A stretch of 64,000 bases of DNA from Podarcis vaucheri (lineage: Eukaryota): assembly GCA_965113315.1 (NCBI GenBank), contig OZ220363.1; one strand, written 5' to 3'. The position numbers were made by a program, and so were the translations under genes. The notes under the pieces are model-generated. The model did no database searches, had not been told where the DNA came from, and saw only the letters and a list, made by a program, of their open reading frames with translations. Below are positions 59,601-64,000 of this stretch, in pieces (position 1 is the first letter of the stretch; every line of letters begins with the position of its first letter).

Positions 59601-60918
59601 ATGAAGAACTCTGGCTTATTATTTTTTACACTAAGATCACCATATCCAGGATGTTCTCTAGAAAGCAATACAGCAGCTAACTCCACTCCTCTGCTGGGCA
59701 TCCCGTTACACAGATACGAACTCTGAATCATCAGTACTCAATACAAGCACACACTCGGCCACTTCAAGCCTAACTCTAAGCCAAACCATGGTTAACCATG
59801 AGGGAATGAGTTTGGGGGTACTCTGGGCAAAAATCACCGCTGGTTTGCTCCTGTCCTGCTGCTGTTACCCAAAGTTAAGCCATGGTTTGGTCTAGCATTA
59901 CATCCAAACCACAAATTGTAGCCAAGGTTTGTTTATGACTTACCACGCATGGCTCATCTGGAGTGAGGCAAATCATGAGCCTGGTCTTGAAGGTCACAAT
60001 AAGCCAAACCATTAGTACTGTGGCGGCGGCAGCAGGACTAGAAGAGATGTGAAGTGGCCGCACGTTTTGCTCCGAGTTCCTGCAGGCTCACTCATCCACA
60101 CTTCAATGTGTTTGGGCTTAGTGTTATAGGTGAGCCAGACTTCTAAGTATGGTATGATATACTACTGGTCTTCAGGAGTTAAAATGGGAATAGGAAGGAG
60201 AGAATCAGAGTCGAAAGGGACCCCGGGGCTTAACTAGTCCAACCCTCTACAATGGAGGAATTACAGCCAAAGAATCCCTGACAGATGGCCAGCCAACCTC
60301 TGCTTAGAAGCCTCCAATGAAGGAGAGTCCACCATTTTCCAAGAGGTGGACTCCTATGAAGGAGGGTCTGTTTCCCAAGAAGAAGCACTTCAGTTTCTAC
60401 TTCAACGTGGATGGTGGTCTTTATTTCATATGACACTAGGCTCCGTGAAAGCAAAATCTAGCCACTCACTCAACACTGGTTGCTCAACCTCTCCATGACA
60501 CCACTTCCTAAACAGAGCTGTTGTCTGGGGTGAGCCACTGAACAGGCACTGGCCTGTAGACACAGCTATGCAAAGTGCAGAATGTCATAGCCCTTGGGCC
60601 AAGTTGCCCCGCAAACCATCCCCGACAGAAGCCACACTACCAAGGCGACACTCCAGCAGGCACCACTTGAGTCCAGAAGCCGACAAGCATCCCGCTTGCC
60701 CACCTCACCTGAGGTGATTTTACCTGGTGCCGGCGGGTGAGGGTGCCGTTGGCCATGGTCTGGCTGGCATCCTGCGGGGAGACGCGGACGCGCTCCAGCT
60801 GTGCAGAGACATGGCGCCGCTCCTCCTCCAGTGCCCGCGTCAGCTTCTCAAACTGCGCCTCCTGCTCTTTGACGGAGGCAAGTATACTGGCAGTCGACTC
60901 CACTTCCGAGTCATCCAT
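35649..60918 (-). CDS. CTNND1: Catenin delta-1 (p120-catenin), multi-exon CDS
   Basis: 19 coding exons, GT-AG wherever both intron ends are visible, running from MDDSEVESTASILASVKEQE through the Armadillo repeats (WRQPELPEVIAML, AAAYLQHLCY, GTLWNLSS, LVENCVCLLRNLSY) to the terminal QKI*. Confidence 0.97.
35934..35990 (-). CDS. CTNND1: CTNND1 exon 20 (alternative exon B), 57 nt
   Basis: tacag|QEEGQESFAESDALLYPPM|gtatgt. Both ends resemble human exon B (QDEGQES...YPSM) as recalled. Confidence 0.75.
36424..36515 (-). CDS. CTNND1: CTNND1 exon 19
   Basis: NYSTLNERDHNRTLERPGEEMESMKGAPLM, 92 nt. Confidence 0.9.
37366..37499. other. Assembly gap (134 N)
   Basis: Seen directly in the sequence. Confidence 0.99.
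37500..37531 (-). CDS. CTNND1: CTNND1 exon 18 (alternative exon A), 5' part; remainder lies in the N gap
   Basis: gcag|AC AAG AAA TCT TCT CGA GAG GAG ATC CAA AT.. = DKKSSREEIQM, running into the Ns. Confidence 0.85.
37961..38048 (-). CDS. CTNND1: CTNND1 exon 17
   Basis: VNRSNSTRSQGGNSFDDSTLPLIDKNQKG, 88 nt. Confidence 0.9.
38999..39113 (-). CDS. CTNND1: CTNND1 exon 16
   Basis: NRSEREIRAAALVLQTIWGYKELRKPLEKEGWKKSDFQ, 115 nt. Confidence 0.95.
39248..39440 (-). CDS. CTNND1: CTNND1 exon 15
   Basis: KHAIPSLVKNLPGG...LVLINKS, 193 nt. Confidence 0.95.
40287..40437 (-). CDS. CTNND1: CTNND1 exon 14
   Basis: YGRYIRSALRQEK...RNKELI, 151 nt. Confidence 0.95.
41079..41206 (-). CDS. CTNND1: CTNND1 exon 13
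   Basis: YELLFQPEIVRIY...CAGRWT, 128 nt. Confidence 0.95.
41988..42056 (-). CDS. CTNND1: CTNND1 exon 12
   Basis: KKPAEDPSTDIVDFPKRQTPAK, 69 nt. Confidence 0.9.
43779..43796 (-). CDS. CTNND1: CTNND1 exon 11 (alternative microexon C, DEWFSR)
   Basis: aag|ACGAGTGGTTCTCGAGAG|gtgagt, 18 nt. Confidence 0.9.
44158..44311 (-). CDS. CTNND1: CTNND1 exon 10
   Basis: LVENCVCLLRNLSYQVH...CFGAKKGK, 154 nt. Confidence 0.95.
45192..45309 (-). CDS. CTNND1: CTNND1 exon 9
   Basis: NVSSERSEARRKLRECDGLVDAL...DSK, 118 nt. Confidence 0.93.
46113..46296 (-). CDS. CTNND1: CTNND1 exon 8
   Basis: TLWNLSSHDSIK...TIGCL, 184 nt. Confidence 0.95.
46391..46854 (-). CDS. CTNND1: CTNND1 exon 7 (isoform 4 start, first ARM repeats)
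   Basis: SYEDM...WRQPELPEVIAML...LTEVIT, 464 nt. Confidence 0.95.
47139..47278. mobile_element. Palindromic hAT-like MITE
   Basis: ccagatgttgttgaactacaactcccatca ... tgatgggagttgtagtccaacaacatctgg. Confidence 0.8.
47621..47638 (+). promoter_or_regulatory. CTCF-like motif in CTNND1 intron 6
   Basis: tggccaccagagggcaac fits the core consensus. Confidence 0.5.
50765..50904. mobile_element. Young palindromic hAT-like MITE
   Basis: TIR caggcataggcaaactcgg, an almost entirely self-complementary body, and a perfect 8-bp TSD ccttaatg. Confidence 0.92.
52096..52740 (+). mobile_element. tRNA-derived SINE interrupted by two insertions
   Basis: Removing 52127-52541 and 52615-52702 restores the SINE family seen at 1337-1469. 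Confidence 0.75.
52127..52539. mobile_element. Tc1/mariner-superfamily MITE with internal hairpins
   Basis: TIRs ccgtatttttcgccctatagga / tcctatggggcgaaaaatacag with a TA TSD at 52125-52126 and 52540-52541. Confidence 0.88.
52745..52985 (+). mobile_element. Older MIR/CORE-like SINE
   Basis: A/B boxes (gagtggttaa, gggttcaaatcc), core ctaacctacctcacatggttgtcatgagga, and an AT-rich tail. Confidence 0.7.
55045..55373 (-). mobile_element. L2 LINE 3' fragment (ORF2 C-terminus)
   Basis: Minus ORF ...RAFSVVAPALWNALP...FRRHLKAALF, typical of the end of L2 ORF2, plus the shared 3' end. Confidence 0.85.
56366..56898 (-). CDS. CTNND1: CTNND1 exon 6 (regulatory domain)
   Basis: VKKVVKT...YGSLSR...PSDPRQRL. 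Confidence 0.95.
57837..57995 (-). CDS. CTNND1: CTNND1 exon 5 (isoform 3 start)
   Basis: DHSHLIYSTIPRMQDPG...RRTETT. Confidence 0.93.
58473..58544 (-). CDS. CTNND1: CTNND1 exon 4
   Basis: NGRFLGNADLERQKFSELKLNGPQ, 72 nt. Confidence 0.93.
60200..60345 (-). mobile_element. CR1 LINE 3' fragment
   Basis: The minus frame reads ...KWWTLLHWRLLSRGW; agaatcagagtcgaaagggacc on + resembles a CR1 terminus. Confidence 0.6.
60724..60918 (-). CDS. CTNND1: CTNND1 exon 3 coding part (starts of isoforms 1 and 2)
   Basis: MDDSEVES...MANGTLTRRHQ, 195 nt. Confidence 0.95.
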
Positions 60919-62404
60919 GGTTGTGAAGGCCCCGCACGGGGGGAGGGCGGGTGCAAGGCAGGGAGATGCCACGGGGTTGGAGGGAACGGACGTCACACAG
61001 AAAAGGGGGCTGGAGGGGAGAAGGGAGCCCCTCACTTCACACACAAGAGTTGGGGAGAAAGTAAGAAGAGAAAGATTTAGGTCACAGAAGAGAGAATTTG
61101 TTGCGTTGTTTAAAAAAAATCAAACTTGGGAAAAGGCCCGAGTTTTGCTTCATTTTCCCCTCCCACAAATCAACAGAGCAGGGGAAGGAGACGACAAATT
61201 TTCTCCCTCCTAGCCTCCCCAAGCCAAACAAGTGCAAAAGGAAATTCGATTCACAAGGGTGCTCTTTCAGGAGAGAAGTGGCCATGGCAAATTATGTTTC
61301 GTGGCTTCTTTTCTGCAGGCTCTTCTCAAAAGTGCAGGCCAGATTCTGGGAAGGACAGGCCCAGGTTTCTGGCACCCATAGAAGTTTGAGGGACAGTTTT
61401 AATGGGAATACTCAGGATTTTAACCTGTGGCCCTATTGGGGGTGGCTACGATTTCCCCTCTAGGCTGACTATGGCCTTTTCTACACTTCCCCTGCAGTTT
61501 AGCTCACTTGCTCCCAACAAATCCCTCACGTTATGTGGACGGTGTACCCTTCTAACGTGAAGCACTTGGCTGAATCCCACTCTGAGCAGGAAACAACAAG
61601 CAGGAGAAATGAGATTAGTTTGTGGGTTATTTGGAAGCTATCTGGTATATGTTGCCTTTGCAAGCTTAGCTCTGTGTGCTTTTTAATGCATAGGAGGGGG
61701 AACCCTGGCCAGGGAACAGGAATTTGGTCTATGTATCCAGCACTAACGTGGGCCTGTCCTTCCCAGAACCATTTGTTAATCCTCAGGAGTGACACTCTCA
61801 GTAGTGCCACATGCTCCCAAGATCTGTCTCATATCTACTAAGACCAGGACTTGTTCAGTGTGGCGGCACAAACCCCTTGGAATGCGCCCCCAATGAACAT
61901 CAGTCAGGCACCTACGGTATTGGCATTTAGGGGCCTGCTTAAAAGCTCATCTGCTCATCCAGGCTTTCCCCTGGGAAATGATCCAATTATGTATTTGAGG
62001 TATTAAGCTGATCTTCTGGTTTGTGATGCATTTTGTATTGGTTTTTTGCATATAGTTTTACTGCTCATCTTATGCTGCCCACTGCCATGGCTTTTTTCCT
62101 TAATGTTGGCAGAATAGATTTTTTTTGTAAATAAATCTTAGCGATCCCTCAATACTGCCCTATTAATCCTGAAGAGGTCGTCGCAAGAGCCGCCTCATAT
62201 TTAACATGTGGCCTTTTGATATGGCTGCAATTTCCAAATTCCACTGCATCAGCACTTACAGATCTGACTGGCCTGTCTACAGCCCAGGTCCTTGTCTCCT
62301 AAACAGGAAACTGCCTGTCAGTTATGTTCTTGTGCATTCCTGTCAGGGTGCAATAGCCTTTAATTCCTCAATGTCATGTCACAGCTGGGAACAAGAAGTT
62401 AAGT

Positions 62405-62540
62405 TCCATCTTCCCCAACCAGGTGCCCCCCCAGATGTTTTTGGACTACAATTCCCATCAACCACAATTGTTGGCCATGCTAGTTGGGGCTAATGGCAGT
62501 TGTAGTCCAAAACATCTGGAAAGGCGCCAAGCTGGGGGAG
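62405..62540. mobile_element. Palindromic hAT-like MITE
   Basis: ccagatgtttttggactacaa ... ttgtagtccaaaacatctgg. Confidence 0.7.
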
Positions 62541-63468
62541 GCCAAGTTTGGTTGCTTTGTGACCTACCAACACAGTGATTATATATTGGGCAGAAAGATA
62601 CCAAGAGCCAGGACCAGAAAGGTGGGCAGAGAAGGATGCAACTCACTCTCATTTTTCCAAAGCTCCAGGGTTAATGGCTTCTTCAAACACATGATGGGAA
62701 ACAGCGACATTCCATATAATACATCCATGTGTACATAGAATATGTCTGGCCATATGTGGTTGTCAAATGCTCATCAACAAGACACATCTAGAACGTTGCT
62801 ACCACCATGGAGACAGCAGAGCTCTGTCTTATCTGGTTAAATCTGCCGAAGGTATTTTGAGGACACAGCGTGCATTTCCTTGGCTGCAACATTACATATG
62901 TGAATGGCATTTAAGCAGTAAAGGGTTGGGAAGCAGTACAGCTTCTTAAAACCCTCAAATTTATTTTACAGCGAAATCTATCTCCAAAGTGCAAGATATT
63001 CCTTCAAGCCATTTCCCTCCAAGAGCTGTTTCCTTTACCACCTTTTATCAGCTGAAAACCGCAGGTGTGGAGCTACAGCCTTTAATGTGGTTGTCAGCAA
63101 TCGTTTCATGGCTAACAAGATGGGAAAGGGGAGCAAGGTGTTCTGCAAATCATATGCCACTGTGCTAGAGAACAGGGCACTGGCATAGGCCCAACAGGAA
63201 TGACTTGAGACAGAATCTACTTAATAAATCCATAAAGCTGTGTTTGGCTTTTAAAGCAACCCATGCACAAAAGTGTGGTTGGAATTAGGGAGGCAGGAGG
63301 GAGTTAATGCCCACATTTGTACTCTACCTGCGGGCTTTTGATCTCCTTACCATGGGAGGAAATTCCAAAATTTTAAAATTGTCAGTTCGAGAGAAAAATA
63401 GAGCCCGCCACCCATAATAGAAGAGAACAAAAATTACATTTAAGATTGATTTTTCACACCATACACAC

Positions 63469-63582
63469 CTGTGAAGGAAGGCCGGTCTGAACTGATTGGC
63501 TAAGGCACAGCTTGGTCTAAGTGCAGAAAATCATGGAAGAAGCAGCCCAGCCACCAACAGCAAGGAAGCAGGAGGGGAAAGG
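63469..63582 (-). other. CTNND1: CTNND1 non-coding exon 2 (5'UTR)
   Basis: ctgcag|cctttcccctcctgcttccttgctgttggtggctggg...ccatgattt...ccaatcagtt...cacag|gtgtgt closely resembles the human CTNND1 5'UTR exon as recalled. Confidence 0.7.
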
Positions 63583-64000
63583 CTGCAGAGACAGCAGAAA
63601 GGGGATTCAATATATGTGTGATTTTAAAAAATAAAGGAACAAAGCACAAGAGGCATGTAAAGAAGGATCTATAATCAAACCAGTATTTATTCATTTTTTA
63701 AAAAACAACAACACTGTACCTATTTCCACACCCCTCTAGACACTTTGGACTACAACTGCCTGGCTGGAGTTGGAAAAGACTACAATGAACCATTCCACCA
63801 TTTCTCCCAAAGTGGAATTACAAGTGGTTTACAAAAGCACTTCTTAAAATAGAATGGTCACATTAACTGGTATAGAACTGCTACAATGGAAAAGAAAGCT
63901 CAGGTTTGCCCAACTGGATTACAGGGAATAAATGTGGTTTAGGAGATTTCTGGCTCACAAGATAACCTTCCAAAAGACAGCTAACAAGGCACACAGAAAT

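Noticed and set aside
1-64000. CRISPR arrays, operons or rRNA genes
   Set aside because: This is eukaryotic intron-containing DNA with no regularly spaced repeats or rRNA-like sequence.

Overview
Vertebrate genomic DNA, inferred to be from a squamate (probably lacertid lizard) because it carries Sauria SINE, BovB, L2 and hAT/Tc1-mariner MITE repeats. The left half (1-29 kb) is a chemoreceptor cluster. It holds the 3' end of an olfactory receptor (OR10W1-like, +), a complete intact 6-exon class C GPCR of the vomeronasal type-2 (V2R) family (6291-15614, +, 871 aa), an apparent OR6Q1 orthologue (-), and a family-6/11-like OR (-) that has lost both cysteines of its second ECL2 disulfide. The right half (33.5-64 kb) is CTNND1 (p120-catenin, -), from 5'UTR exon 2 to the poly(A) site, including alternative exons A (partly in an N gap), B (shortened) and microexon C. 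The CTNND1-OR6Q1-OR10W1 neighbourhood mirrors human 11q12. The most notable observation is the single V2R embedded among ORs: it keeps an ancestral CaSR/fish-type Cys loop and lacks the amino-acid-binding signature. All comparisons to human or other reference sequences are from memory and need database confirmation.
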